Positions 19,901 to 32,223 of a stretch of DNA of 64,000 nucleotides are shown in pieces (the first letter of the stretch is position 1; each line of letters opens with the position of its first letter). The stretch is from an uncultured cyanobacterium (GTDB lineage: Bacteria; Cyanobacteriota; Cyanobacteriia; Cyanobacteriales; CAWCAG01), in NCBI GenBank assembly GCA_963803805.1, contig CAWDOD010000009.1:32001-96000 (forward strand). The letters are read 5' to 3'. Position numbers and translations under genes: made by a program. The notes under the pieces were generated by a model. That model saw only the letters and a program-made list of their open reading frames with translations. It searched no databases and was not told the origin of the DNA.

Positions 19901-22900
19901 TGGCAAGTAACAGTAACTAATCTTGACCAGGAATCCATTCAAACCATTGAAACTGCCCTAAAACAAGTACAGAATTTACTGCAAACGGAAATAACTGAAG
20001 AATCATTTAGTAACTTAGATACACAGTTAGTAGAAATTGAAGAAATAATTAGGGAAAACTCCTCCTTAAAGAAATTTTTAACGCAACCGGAACAACTGCA
20101 ACAACTGGGTTTTAGTGAAGAAGGAATAGAAAGCCTCCAGGAAATCTTACAAAGTGAGGAGTTACAGGAGTTACTGGGTTTACCCACAGATTTAGAAACA
20201 GCCCTACAAGGTGATGCTTGGGATGAATATTTAATTAATGCCCAAATAGCAGAAGAAATACTGCCAGCGACAGCCGAGCATCCTGCTATAGGATTCTTGG
20301 ATTTTACTGGGGAACATGGAGAAAATACCACAGCAGCATTTGCCAATATTAACAGTTTAGCTAGTTATGAAACCCTACCCATTAGCCAAGGAAACTGGGC
20401 CGAACAATTAATTAAGTTTGTTGAGCAAGTTAAAGCTTCTGGTCAAAAAAATGCCATTGTTAACCTCAGCTTTGATTTAGCCCAAATTGATGAGGTTGGC
20501 ACTACTACCCGTTATGAAATTACCCCAGAAGAACAAATTGCCCTCAACTATGCGAGGGAAAATAATATTTTACTGGTGGTGGCTTCCGGTAATACTGGGG
20601 ATAGGATGTCGGCTTTGGGGGCTGCGGCAGAGGATTTTGATAATATTATTACCGTTGGTGCGGTTAACCGTTGGGAAGAAGTAACTGACTATTCCAGTCG
20701 TGGGGATGGGTTAACCCTGGTTGCACCGGGAGGAGAATTTGCCAATGATCCTGATGCTTTTGTTGGTACTTCCCGTGCCGCTGCCTATGTAACTGGTGCA
20801 GCCTCTTTAGTTTGGGCTGCTAATCCCGAATTGAGTTATCAGCAAGTTAAAGATATCCTCATGGCCACTGCCCAGGATTTAGGGCCAGAAGGTTGGGATG
20901 CTGATAGTGGGGCTGGTTTGTTGGATGTGACAGAAGCCTTGCTGATGGCTAGTTTGGTAAAACCAGAGGAAGTCATTCCCCCAGAAGCCCTTTCCCTATC
21001 TCCAGGTTTTAGTGGTCAAGGCAGGGTGCAACTCCTAGAAAGAGCAGCTTCCGCAGCAACGGCAGCAGAAATTGATAGGTTAGTTGATAGCCAAGATAGT
21101 TTACTGGAACAGTGGCAAATCCTAGCCCTAGCAGGAAATCCCTCCTTAACCTTAACTGAATTATCTTCCGTTGTGGCTGGGCAACAACAGGAAGGATTAG
21201 ATAAATATGAGGAAGTTAGTCGTACAGCAGCAATTGATAAAGCCCAGAATCAGCAATTAGCAGAAGCTTTAGTTTTAGCTACTAACCATTATCAAATCGA
21301 ACAACAGCGACTAGAGGCGCTAGAAGGCAGACAACAAGAATTGCAGAGTTTATTGGAGCAGCTAAAACAGGAAAAAACCCAATTGGAAGTAGTTCATCCT
21401 CAATATTTAGCTACCATAGAAACTGCGATCGCCCAAACTAAAAAGGACATTGCCCAAGCTAAAAACAAGCTTAAATACCAATTAGTTGACCCGGAAACCC
21501 TGTCAACTGACCCCACAGCGGCCAAGGAACAAGCTAAACAACAGTTAGCATTAGCTCAAGTTTATCGTGACCAAGCCCAGGCTTTAGCCACACAACAAAA
21601 CTATCATCAAGCCCTAGCTAATGACTACAGTTCTAAGACTCAAGATTGGGTAATTATCGGGCATGAGAAAAAGTCTTGCGGTCGCACGGGTAGTCCTATT
21701 TGGGGTTGGAGAACTAATCCACAAATGGTTGCACTTCATACACAACATCGGGATTTAGCAGGGATATTAGGTAACAATGCAGCTCAAAAGAATCAATTGG
21801 CAGCCCAATTAGAACAACAAGCAGCAGCCCTGACTACCCATAGTCATTTCCTAGAAGATAAAAACCAAAACCTCAGCCAATATGTAGGCAAACCAGAAGA
21901 AGGATTAGAACTCCTGCAATTACTCCAAACAGAAGCAACAAAGCAACAGGAAATTGCTAATCAATATTGGCTACAAGCCCAATTAGCTGAGAAACGGCGC
22001 AAACAAAACCAAGATACTGCCAACAGACACAACTCCCTAATTAATCGTTGGGAAGTAGTAGGACATCGACGTAGAAGTTGTGGTGGGAAGAAGCCAATTT
22101 ATGGTTGGCGACATTACCCAGAACATATTCCCCCCCGTAACCAAGCACAACAGCAAGCTAATATTGCTGAGGCGGAACGAAAGCAGTTGGAACAATTTGC
22201 TCAACAGGCGCAACAACTAGCGGATGCTTTGGCAGAAGAAGCAAAGCGTTTAGAAGAAAGGATTGAAGATTGGCCTAGTTTGAAGTGGGGAATTAATTCA
22301 GAAATCAATGCTTACAAACTTAAGCTACAGGGGGAAAAGGATTTATTAACACTGCAAACTCCTGTACAAAAGCAACAATTAGAAAAACTGAATTTGGAAA
22401 TTGACCAGTTAGAAGCAGAATTGCAAACGCTGGAAACCAGCCAAATTCCTAAGCAAAAGCGAACTATCGCTACACCAGAAAAGCGTTGGCAAAAACTCCA
22501 AGCAGAGGTGGAAGCAAGCCGTAAGGAGAGGGAAGCAAGTCAAAAGCAGTTGGAGAATTTCCTGGAAGTATCTGGTTATCTGCTGCCCTATCAGGAACGT
22601 AAAGCGGCTATTGAGAGGCAGATTAAGGAACTCGAAGCAGAGTCTGTGCAAGTACAGGAACTCATTCTCCAACTCTCCCAACATAATAACGGGAACCTGC
22701 AACCACAATTAGACCAAGCTAAGGAATACTTAGAAGATATAGAAGGAAGTTTAAACTGGGCTAAAATCCAGGAAGAACAGCTTCATCTTTCTGCTGCTGC
22801 CTCTCCCCAAAGGTTAGCCCTTAAGGCCCTGCTGAATAAACTCCAACAACGCCAACAGGCTGCTCTCCCCAGCAATAGCTTACCCCTACAGCATTATATT

Positions 22901-25900
22901 CAATTCCTAGAAGAAGTTGAAGCAGGAAATACTAATCTGTTGAAAGGGTTTAATAATTTAAGCGATCGCCTAACTAAAGCCCAGGCAGAACAGGAAACTA
23001 TTCCTCCTATATTGGAGAGATTAAAGGAAGAGTATCGTAATTTGGGTTTTGTGAAGACAGATTTAGAGAAGCAAGTTGCTCAACAACAAGAAAAGTTAGC
23101 TGCTAAGGATAAAGAGATTGCAACTATTAATGGACAAATTAAGAATACTAAAACTGCTGCTAATTTGCTACAAGATAAGTTGCAATTAGAGCAAGAATTA
23201 CAAGTAAACAAGCAAGAAGAAATTACTAATCAAGAAAAGAGAATTTCTCGAACTGAAACTAAGATAACTACATTGCAAGATAAAATTGATGGCAAGAATC
23301 AAGATATTGCTAGCCAGGAAGCGATTTTGCAAGATTATCAGCAGCAAATTAAACAAGCTGGGCAAATAGCAAAACAGCCCTACCTAGACGAAGCTGCTAA
23401 ATTTGAGCAAGAACGCATTTACCATCAGAATTCAGCTAACTCTTGGAATTCGCGAATTCCAGATTGGTTTCATGGCCTTTCCTCCGAATGTCAATCTCTT
23501 GCTTTAGGACAACCTCAAAATGCCTGGATTAAACAAGCTATTACCAATCGTAATAGTTATCAACATTTTGCTAATGTTAAGGCTAATCAAAGAAATAGAG
23601 CTAACAAACAAGCAGTAGAAGCAGGTCAAATTGCCTCTCAAGCTAAAGCTACTGAATTACAACCCCAAATTGAAGCTGTTAACCAAGAAATAAAGAAACT
23701 ACAAGAAGAAAAGCTTTCTTTGATTAAGTCCAAAAATACTCGGAAAGAAACCATAGAAGAGGAACAAAAAGAGCTACGAAAACTACAGCAAGAACTTACG
23801 AATATTGCTCAAAGAATTGAGTCTTTGAATGGAGAAATTAAAGTCAATCAAGAACAATTAATATCCTTAGATAAACAACTACAAAATCAACACATACAAA
23901 GGGATAATTTAATAGTAGTTCTTAATAATTGGCAGGAAAAACTAAAGGAACAAGAAGATAAATTAGCTGATAAATATCAAGAAATTGAACTAAGTGAACA
24001 GTACTTAGAACAAGTTGAACAGGAAATTAAACGTCTACAAAGTCGTTTAGATTTACTCAATCAAGCTGATGCTTTAGAACAGGAATATCAAAACCAAGAA
24101 CAACAGTGGCAAGAGGCACTGCAAAAACAAATAGCAGCTACCAAAACCCTTTTAGCCTCCCGTCAAGCAAAAGAAAGCGATCGCCAATTACTTTTATCCC
24201 TACAATCTCAGTTAGAGGATGTCCAAACCCAACTTACTCCCCTGCAAACGGAGGAAGCTAGCTTACAAGCAGAAGTTAACCAAGCAAACGAAGACTTTAT
24301 TTTTGCCCAGGAACAATTACGTAGTCAACAACTCCAACTACAAGCCCTTATAGACCGTGACCCTGGTTTAGTTAGTGCGGAGGCTTATCACTACAACCTT
24401 GCTCAACAACATCTTCGTCGCATTTGGTATTGGAATGGTCGTCAATATATTTTCAATTCTGGAGAAGCTGCGGCTTATCGTGCCAATCTGCAAAAAGCTT
24501 CTCTCCTAGCTGATGAACGTAATCGAGTTTGGCAACAAAGCCAGGAAATCAAGGATAATCTTCCTAAGTTAGAGGAAAAAAGCCAAGAGAAAGAGGTTGT
24601 TTGGTTAAATAAACAAGAGCAGTTAACGGAAGTGGAACAAAAAGTTGCTCCCCTTGTTACCCAAGCAACTAACCTACAACAGCAAATTACCCCCTTGCAA
24701 ACAAGTTTGGCCCCCTATTTAGCACAGGAACAAATTCAAACTCAAAACTTCCAAACAGCAGTTAATCAATCCCAAAGTGTAGCTGGGGAACTAATTGATA
24801 CAACCCTAGACCAAGTAGTTTCTTTGCAACGCCTGATTAGCTTTGGAGTCTTAGCAGCAGAATCCGATGTAGATTTCTTCCCCCTACAAGTAGAACCCAA
24901 GGTGCAAGAATTTATTAGGCAATTACAGCAACGGAGTGAAGATTTAGGTCAGCAAAGTGAACAGTTAGGTAAATTAATTGGGGACTGGCAAAAAGAATTA
25001 GGAAAAACCTCTGACCCTGCTAGCCGGGAAGCTTTAGAAAATTTAATTACCCAAACTACAGCACAGCGAGATACTTTGAGAATTTGGCTAGGAGATAATC
25101 AAGCTGCCATTAAACAACTCGAAGAACGGTTACAACAGGCCAATACTTCCCTGGAAGCCTTGCGGCAACAACAGGAATTAACCATTCGTCAAAACCTGGG
25201 CAGTAATGAAGAGCGTTTAGAGAATCTGCGATCGCAACTTGCTGTTGAAGAGGCAGCAGCAAATGCTCTGAACACTAATACAGTTTTGGGTTATGCGGAA
25301 TTAAACGACAAGGTTAAGGAAGATTTAACCCAAAGTACGATTCATTGGACGGAACAATTTAAAGAAGGTAATCAACAAACCAAGAATTTAGGTAAAGCAC
25401 AGCTTAATTTATCAGGGAATGTCGATCAGTTACTTACTCACATTGAAGATAACTTTGCTGATCCTCATGGTGAATATCATCGTAGTCATGCTAATTTACG
25501 AGATACTGTTGCTACATTAGGGGTGGTTGCCCCCCTTTATGATGAATTTGTGCAAGGGGAAACTCTTCTTAAGCAAGAAATTGCCAAGATGGAGCAGTGG
25601 ATTAAACAAGATGCCGAACTTTGGGAAGAGATTGCCCCCATTGTTGAGCGTTATGGAGTTGAGTCGGAAGAGTTAAAAGCTTATCAGCAACAGTATCAAT
25701 GGTATAAAGACCAAGATCAACAATTAGCAGATCAGTTTGAGGTGCAACGACAGCAATATCAAAACAATGCTAATTATTGGAGTAGTAAGGTACGTACTTG
25801 GGGTATTACTGGTTATAATAATTGGCTTTTCGGAAGATGGCCTGTCTATGGCTGGATTCACAACCCCCAAGCTGAAGCTAACCGCAAAGCCGCTCAAGCT

Positions 25901-27268
25901 AAGGCTAATGAGGCTACAAAAGAAAGGGATGCTGCTCTTGAGTTTCCCCAAGCTAAAGCTTTCCGTGGTCAATGGCTGACTGAAAATCCTAAGAACGGTA
26001 CAGCAATTGATATTCTTCACGAAGAAACCTCCTACCACAGCAACACCTATAACCAAAAATTAGCTCAGGCTCAAGCGAGTTATAACAACAACTCAGCCCA
26101 ATCTGCTGCGGCGATTTCTCAAGCAGATTGGTATGAAAAACGGGCCGCAGAACATTGGCAACGGAGCCGTAAAAACGGTCCCACTTGGCAGGAATGGCGT
26201 AGTACTTGGAAACGGGGTAAATCCGGTAAGAAAGAAGAGCATTCGGTGCTAGTTACCCATATCGACCATGATTGGATTCTTTGGGATACCTACACTAAAT
26301 ACGCCCAACAACTACGCCAGCAAGGAGTGGGCCAACTTCAAGCAGCTAGGGCCAGTGACCAGGCGCAAAAACGCTATGAACCTTTGGCTCAGCAGTGGAC
26401 AGATGCCCACAACGCCGTTAATCAAGCAGCCTCCCCTGTTAATGCACCCCGGAATTTAGTAGAAAGCCTAGAAGTTGCACGGGAACAAATACCTGGGGTG
26501 AAAGAACAGTTAAAGATTTTACAAGAATTGCTACCAGAAGTGGAAGACAAACTCCAGGAAGCGAAGAGAGAAAATACTACCTATCAAACTCAAGTTAAGG
26601 AAGAGTGGGCAGAGTATGAACCAGCCGGGGCAAGTTATCGTCAAGCAGTAGCAGATGTACTGCAACGTCAAGCTAAAGTCAACAAGCAGGCTCAGGAGTT
26701 ACAGCATCAGTTAGCTGATACGGAAATTTGGGTAGAAGGACAGAGTGTGGCTTTAGCAACGGAATTACAGGAAATTAAGGCCCTGGAAAAGCAGTTAATA
26801 GCCCAGGAACAGGTAATTGCTGGAGAAATTACTGCTTTAGTAAACCAAGGAGTAACGGTGGATGGTTTAGCTGACCTACAAACCCAACAGGCCCAGATTC
26901 AACAAATTCTCCCCTTGTTACAAAATAAAGATGCAGTACTGACGGCTCAACAAACGGCTTTAACCCAGAAACGTAATCTCCTAACTGCTCAGAATGAAGT
27001 AATTAATGCCGAACAGCAACTAATAAACGCCTATTTAGAGAGTCCCGATGGAGATTTAGGCAATCTGCGATCGCAACTCCAAGATGCCCGTGCTGCCCTA
27101 GCGGAGGCCCAAAGATTAGCAGAGCAAGCAGAAGCAAGTAGCCAAGCTTTAACCACTCCCCTACAGGAATTACAGGAGAACCTGCTATTACAAAATGATG
27201 CCCAACTTCAAGCTGCTAAGGAGCGCAAAACGATCCTTGATGACCTCCTAGAAGCTATCGAGATTTAG
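19901..27268 (+). pseudogene. Central part of the giant protein: S8 subtilase domain + very long coiled coil
   Basis: Frame is open from 19901 into the 2323-aa ORF; S8 motifs FLDFTGEHG, VNLS, VASGN and GTSRAAAYVTGAA; Q/E/K/L-rich heptads. Confidence 0.85.
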
Positions 27269-30204
27269 CTAGTGATAATGGCGGTAGTTGTGCCGGGGGA
27301 ATTGCTCGTCCTGAAGATGCTATTTTAGCTAACCGCTATCTCCACGAAAGCCTAGTTCACCAAGAATTACAACGTCGCGCCCAAGCACAGGCTAATGCTT
27401 TCCGCCAGGTTAAGGAAACAGCCCAGGCCCAGTTACAGACCCTCCAACAAGAACAAAATGCCGCACGGAGTCAATTGGAGCAACTGAATGAGCAAATTGC
27501 TGCTACCCAAGAGGAAAGGGAGAAAAAACAAGATGAATTAGCGATCGCAGAAGGTCGTTTAGATAGTATCACTCGCCTACGCAACTCCACAGAACAAACC
27601 TTTATTCAATTGGTTAACATAGAACAACTCAATTTAGCCCAAGCCAGTTTAGAGTTAGAAATTGCCCAACAGCGACAGGCTGAAATTGAAGAGGCTGTAA
27701 ATGCTCGTTTAGAAAGGGAGAAAATTGAGTTAGCAAGGCAGCGTTTAGAAGCGCAAGCGAAGATTGAACAGTTGCAGCAACTGCAATCAGAAGAGGAGTT
27801 ACGGCAAGCCTTAAACCAAGCCCGGAGTGATATTGGTTTAAAGGATTTGCAGGGGGGAGATGATCCTGTACAGTTACAAACCCAGTTAGCTGGATTGCTG
27901 GCTCAACTGAAGGATTTAGAAGGTCAACAACCAGATTTACAAGCTAATGTGAAGGCTTTGTTGGCAGAAGCAAAGGGGGATATTCACGAAGCACTGCAAG
28001 GAAAAGAAGCGACCACTATACAGGAAAATCTTCTCAAGGCGATGGGAGGTTTAATTGGGCAAGTGCAGCACCATCAAAGCCTATTAGCTGAATTGGAAGT
28101 TGAGGCTCAATGGGATAAGAATCTTTTAGCTCAGACGGAGCAGGATTTACAAGGGGCAACCCAGGAACTCCTGAAAGAAGTAGAACAAAATCAGCCCTTG
28201 CAGGATGCTTTAGCAGCAATCGAGCCCCTGTACACGGAAACCCTCACTAAAGTTGCCTATGCTAGCCAAGCTGTGGATATTTCCCAGGAGTTGGCAGCCC
28301 AATCTCGCAAACTGTTGGAGGATGTGATTACGCAACGGGTGGCAGAACGGAAAGCTAGGAAGAAATACTTTTGGAATCAGATGTTAGGTATGGTTTCCAG
28401 TATTCTTTCCATCGTTAGTATGATTCTGTTAGTAATTCCTCCAACTACTGCTATTGGTGCGATAACTGCCAAAATTGGCTTAGGAGTTTCTCTACTATCT
28501 GGTGCAATTAATGCTACCCAAGCAGCTATCAATGGCGATTTTATGGGAGCTATTTTCAGCGCTGTGATGGCTGGTACAAGTTTTGTTGGTGGTGCTATTG
28601 GTAATGCTCTCCAAGCTGGCAAACAAGCTATTTTGGGTATGACTCAGACAGTAGCCAAGAAAGTCGCCAGCACTATTAAGACAATGCAGGCTCTAGCTTC
28701 CGGTGCTTACAATTCAGTCCGCAGCTTTGCTTCTGGTGATAGCATTATGGGCTTCCTAAATATCGTTGCTGGGTTAGCTAGTACTGCGACTACAGGAATT
28801 GCTGGTTTTGCTGAAGGTGGTTTGCAAGGTTTGAGCGATTTAGGAAAGTTCGGCTACAAGGTACTAGATTCTCTATCTAAGGCTCCCACAGCTATTTATA
28901 GCGGTATTAAGGCGATTCAAAGTGGGGATTGGGTTAATGGCATTGGCAGTATTGTTAAGTCCGTTGTCTCCCTAGCTAATACCTGGACGAATGATTTTAA
29001 TGATGACCATGATTCCCCTGGGGAAAAGCTGGCTAATGTTTTGGAGAATATTAGTTCTGTTGGTATTGGTGTAAGTAAGTTTATTACTGGTGGTTTCCAA
29101 GGTTTGCTTGATGGAATTGGGGATATTGTTGGGGGGTTAAGTGATGATATATCTAAATTAATCAACAAGATTAAAGATAAACATCAATGTGGTTGCCTCA
29201 AGTTTGGAGAAAATATAGACGATCCTGATTTACTAAAATTAGCTAACTTAATTAATGTTAATCCAGAGGAAATTAGCATAGACGATGAAGGCAAATTACT
29301 TCTGAATGCAAGTAGTGCATATCTTAGCGAAAATCAAGAATCAATTGCCATAAGCGATGACTCTTTGGTTTTTGACAAAAAGGTTATTCAGCTTTTTTTG
29401 GCTAACCAAGAAGTTAATGGTTACTGTAGTTGTGCTTCTCAAAATTTGGTTATTATGCTTTATAAAGAAGGCTATCAGTTTGAAGAAGTTATTTCTCACA
29501 TTAGCTCAGAACAGTTCGAAAAAATTGATAAAAACTATGCAGGCATAGTGCATGATAAAAATCGAGAAATAGTAGAATATGCAGAATCTTTTAAAGTGAT
29601 AAAAGATGAAAAAATTATCACTTTATCACAAGAAGAGTGGGATAATTTACCAGAAGAATCTGTTCCTATTGCTCCCTATAAAAGACCTGGAAATACAGGA
29701 GCATCACCTGAAAAATTAGGTTTATTACTCCATGATTATGGTATTCCTATTACTCAAGTAGAAAAAGCCTCAAAGGAACAACTTATTGAGCAACTAAAGA
29801 ATGGTAAACCAGTCGTTGTAGGTGTTGGAGTGAGCCATTTACCATACTGGAAATTTAACGATGTTAGGGATGGTCATGCTTTAACTGTGATAGGTGTAGA
29901 AGATTCTAATTCAACAAACCCCACATTTATACTGGCAGATACTGGTATAGATATTCCTCACTATACCTCACAGGGAACAATGCAAAAGGTTAAGTGGAGC
30001 AATTTCAAGCAAGCTTGGGAAAAAGGAAGTGATAGACTCATGGTATACCCAAATTTTTCAATAACTGAATATCAGAAACTTATTAAAAATGGTGCATCTG
30101 CAAAAGACTTATTAGAGGAACGTCCTTCACAATTTTCTAAATTACGCATTACAAATAGTGAGTTTCCACATACAAAAGAAGGTTTTAATGCAACATATAA
30201 ATAA
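27262..30204 (+). pseudogene. C-terminal part of the giant protein: coiled coil, hydrophobic Gly/Ala-rich helices, C39-like cysteine peptidase
   Basis: Frame is open from about 27244 and overlaps the end of the previous frame; motifs QEVNGYCSCAS, DGHALTVIG and FILADTG. Confidence 0.75.
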
Positions 30205-30274
30205 AAATATATTGAAAGTATAATCACTTCTCTGTAGGTACTGTGCTTAGTCTAAAGAGTGTGATCACTTTTTT

Positions 30275-30340
30275 GTTGGTTGGGTTGAGCAACAAAATAA
30301 TTCAGACAAAACAACAAAGTTCTGCAAGCGAAACCCAACA
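30275..30340. repeat. REP-like palindromic element
   Basis: Inverted arms GTTGGGTT...AACCCAAC around a spacer; resembles the cyanobacterial GTAGGTTGGGTTGAG...GAAACCCAAC repeats. Confidence 0.55.
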
Positions 30341-30550
30341 TTCCCAACTACGCAAGATAGCAGAATATATTTTTGGTCATGTGGAAAAAGATTGAAAACA
30401 TTTGTTTACAAATGCGTAAAACTGCTCTTCTTATACCTAAAACATCTATGGAGCTTCAAATACTCTTTTCAAGTATCTAATGCTTGATGTGTTTAAGCCG
30501 GGGTTAGTCGCCTAAACCCATATCTTAATAATCCAGAGGAGAAAAAAATT

Positions 30551-31321
30551 ATGAAAAGATTATTGACAGTAACAGGTCTTTCTGTTGGGATTGCTTCTTT
30601 GATGAGCTTATCAGCACAAGCTGTAGTTCTCTTTGAAGAGGACTTTGACACACCCGTAGGTTATACTGGCAACGCTCTGAATGGAGATCTTTCAAGTAAA
30701 AAAGTAAATTCTCTTCATGGTACTTCTTTTCAAAATAGTTTCACCGTAGAAACTTTACGCATCGCAGGTGGCAAGACCTTCAGCGATCCTAGTGGTACAG
30801 GCGGAGAATATGCTTTGGGTATGCTTTCATCTGCACAAAATGATCTTGTTTCAGCAGTCTTTGATACTCAATCATTAGCTTTTTTGAACCTTAATATCGA
30901 TATCTCTGCCATTGATCTTGATTGCTGCGGGGGACCATTTAACCCAACAGGATTCCTGGTTCCCCAGTTTGAGTTCAGGCTATATGACGCGCCATCAGGT
31001 GTCTTTAATCTGTTTGCACCGGGGACTCTACTAGACAGTGAGAGCATTGTGGGTACGCCATCCGACAGGACTACATTTTCCTGGACTAACCATACCGTTG
31101 CACTTGATGCGAGCAGCAGTACTGATGGCAATGTAGCTCTTGTTATAGACTTGCTTGAGGGGGGCTATGCCTCCTTTGATAATCTTGTCATTGCATCATC
31201 AGATGATGCGGGTGGTGGCCTACCCAGTGAGACTGTTCCTGAGCCTTCATCAATATTAGGTTTAATTGCCTTGGGGATTTTCGGCGCAAGTTCATTGCGA
31301 AAATCTAAGAAATTACAATAG
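30551..31321 (+). CDS. PEP-CTERM sorting domain protein
   Basis: Signal peptide ending AQA; C-terminal VPEPSSILGLIALGIFGASSLRKSKK; GAGGAG RBS upstream. Confidence 0.92.
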   Translation: MKRLLTVTGLSVGIASLMSLSAQAVVLFEEDFDTPVGYTGNALNGDLSSKKVNSLHGTSFQNSFTVETLRIAGGKTFSDPSGTGGEYALGMLSSAQNDLVSAVFDTQSLAFLNLNIDISAIDLDCCGGPFNPTGFLVPQFEFRLYDAPSGVFNLFAPGTLLDSESIVGTPSDRTTFSWTNHTVALDASSSTDGNVALVIDLLEGGYASFDNLVIASSDDAGGGLPSETVPEPSSILGLIALGIFGASSLRKSKKLQ

Positions 31322-31324
31322 ACT

Positions 31325-31531
31325 TTATTTGACAGCCTTGGCTGCTTTTTGTTCTTCCTTTAATTTAAACAGTCGCAGTATAACAGGCGGTGGATCATTA
31401 TCGTGTTCTTCTTGGGCTTTGTGACAGTAATCAAGCCACTCATTAAAATACTTACCCACCGCTTCTTTGTGCCGTAAATAGTATAGGATAGTTGCCTAAA
31501 TTTGCTCTACACTAACGGTTGATAGGTAGAA
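31325..31531 (-). pseudogene. DUF433-like gene remnant
   Basis: Minus strand reads STVSVEQI*ATILYYLRHKEAVGKYFNEWLDYC...KAVK*, with an in-frame stop and no 5' part. Confidence 0.55.
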
Positions 31532-31570
31532 TCAATTAATAGCGAACTTTAGGAAAAATTATTAGGACTT

Positions 31571-31774
31571 ATGATAGAGGATGATGAACCTCAAAAAACC
31601 TATCACGTCAAAGCAGCAGTAAGTAAAAAAGCTTGTGAGGAAATAGCTCAAAAGTATAACCAAAGGTTAGTTGATGCTATAGACAATGACGATCCTATTT
31701 TAAGTAAAGATTGCTTGTTTTATGGTTCTCCCTTTAACTTTCAAGAGGAATGGTATGACCACCAAGATAATTAA
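31571..31774 (+). CDS. Hypothetical protein
   Basis: 67 aa; AGGA RBS; overlaps the start of the next gene. Confidence 0.6.
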   Translation: MIEDDEPQKTYHVKAAVSKKACEEIAQKYNQRLVDAIDNDDPILSKDCLFYGSPFNFQEEWYDHQDN

Positions 31775-32114
31775 GCGTAGCTACATTTACATCGCCCAGT
31801 TGGGAAACGAGGAAGCCCCCCAAACCAGGCTACCTTTGGGTAATGCTATGAACCTTTTGGGTTCTCATCTAGATTATGATACCAAACCAGATATTCCTCA
31901 ACCTGGCGATCGCCCAGTAACAGTACAACAAAACCCCTCATCAGAAAAATCAAGCTGTATTGAGGTTAGTGAGGCAGATTGGCTTGTAGTCAGCGTATGT
32001 AAATTTGTTAGTGAGGGTGAAGAAGTTTACTTTTGCTATTGTCAATACTCTCCTGTGGAGAAAAACTGGCAACCTGTACCCAGAACAGAAGAACTACTAA
32101 AGCCTTCAAGCTAA
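31755..32114 (+). CDS. Hypothetical protein
   Basis: Likely ATG at 31755 after GAGGA; motifs PQPGDR, WLVVSV and CYCQYSP. Confidence 0.65.
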   Translation: MTTKIIKRSYIYIAQLGNEEAPQTRLPLGNAMNLLGSHLDYDTKPDIPQPGDRPVTVQQNPSSEKSSCIEVSEADWLVVSVCKFVSEGEEVYFCYCQYSPVEKNWQPVPRTEELLKPSS

Positions 32115-32223
32115 TACTAATAACTAGCTTTATGAAGAAAAGTTAAAAGAAAACAGATATTGCGAAAAGCTACCTTTTTTGACCTGACGACTAACTGTAG
32201 AGATTAATAAGCCCCAACAAGCC

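Noticed and set aside
20297-27268. SMC protein or phage tape-measure protein
   Set aside because: No Walker A/B motifs and no phage genes nearby; the coiled coil follows a subtilase domain within a larger secreted-type protein.
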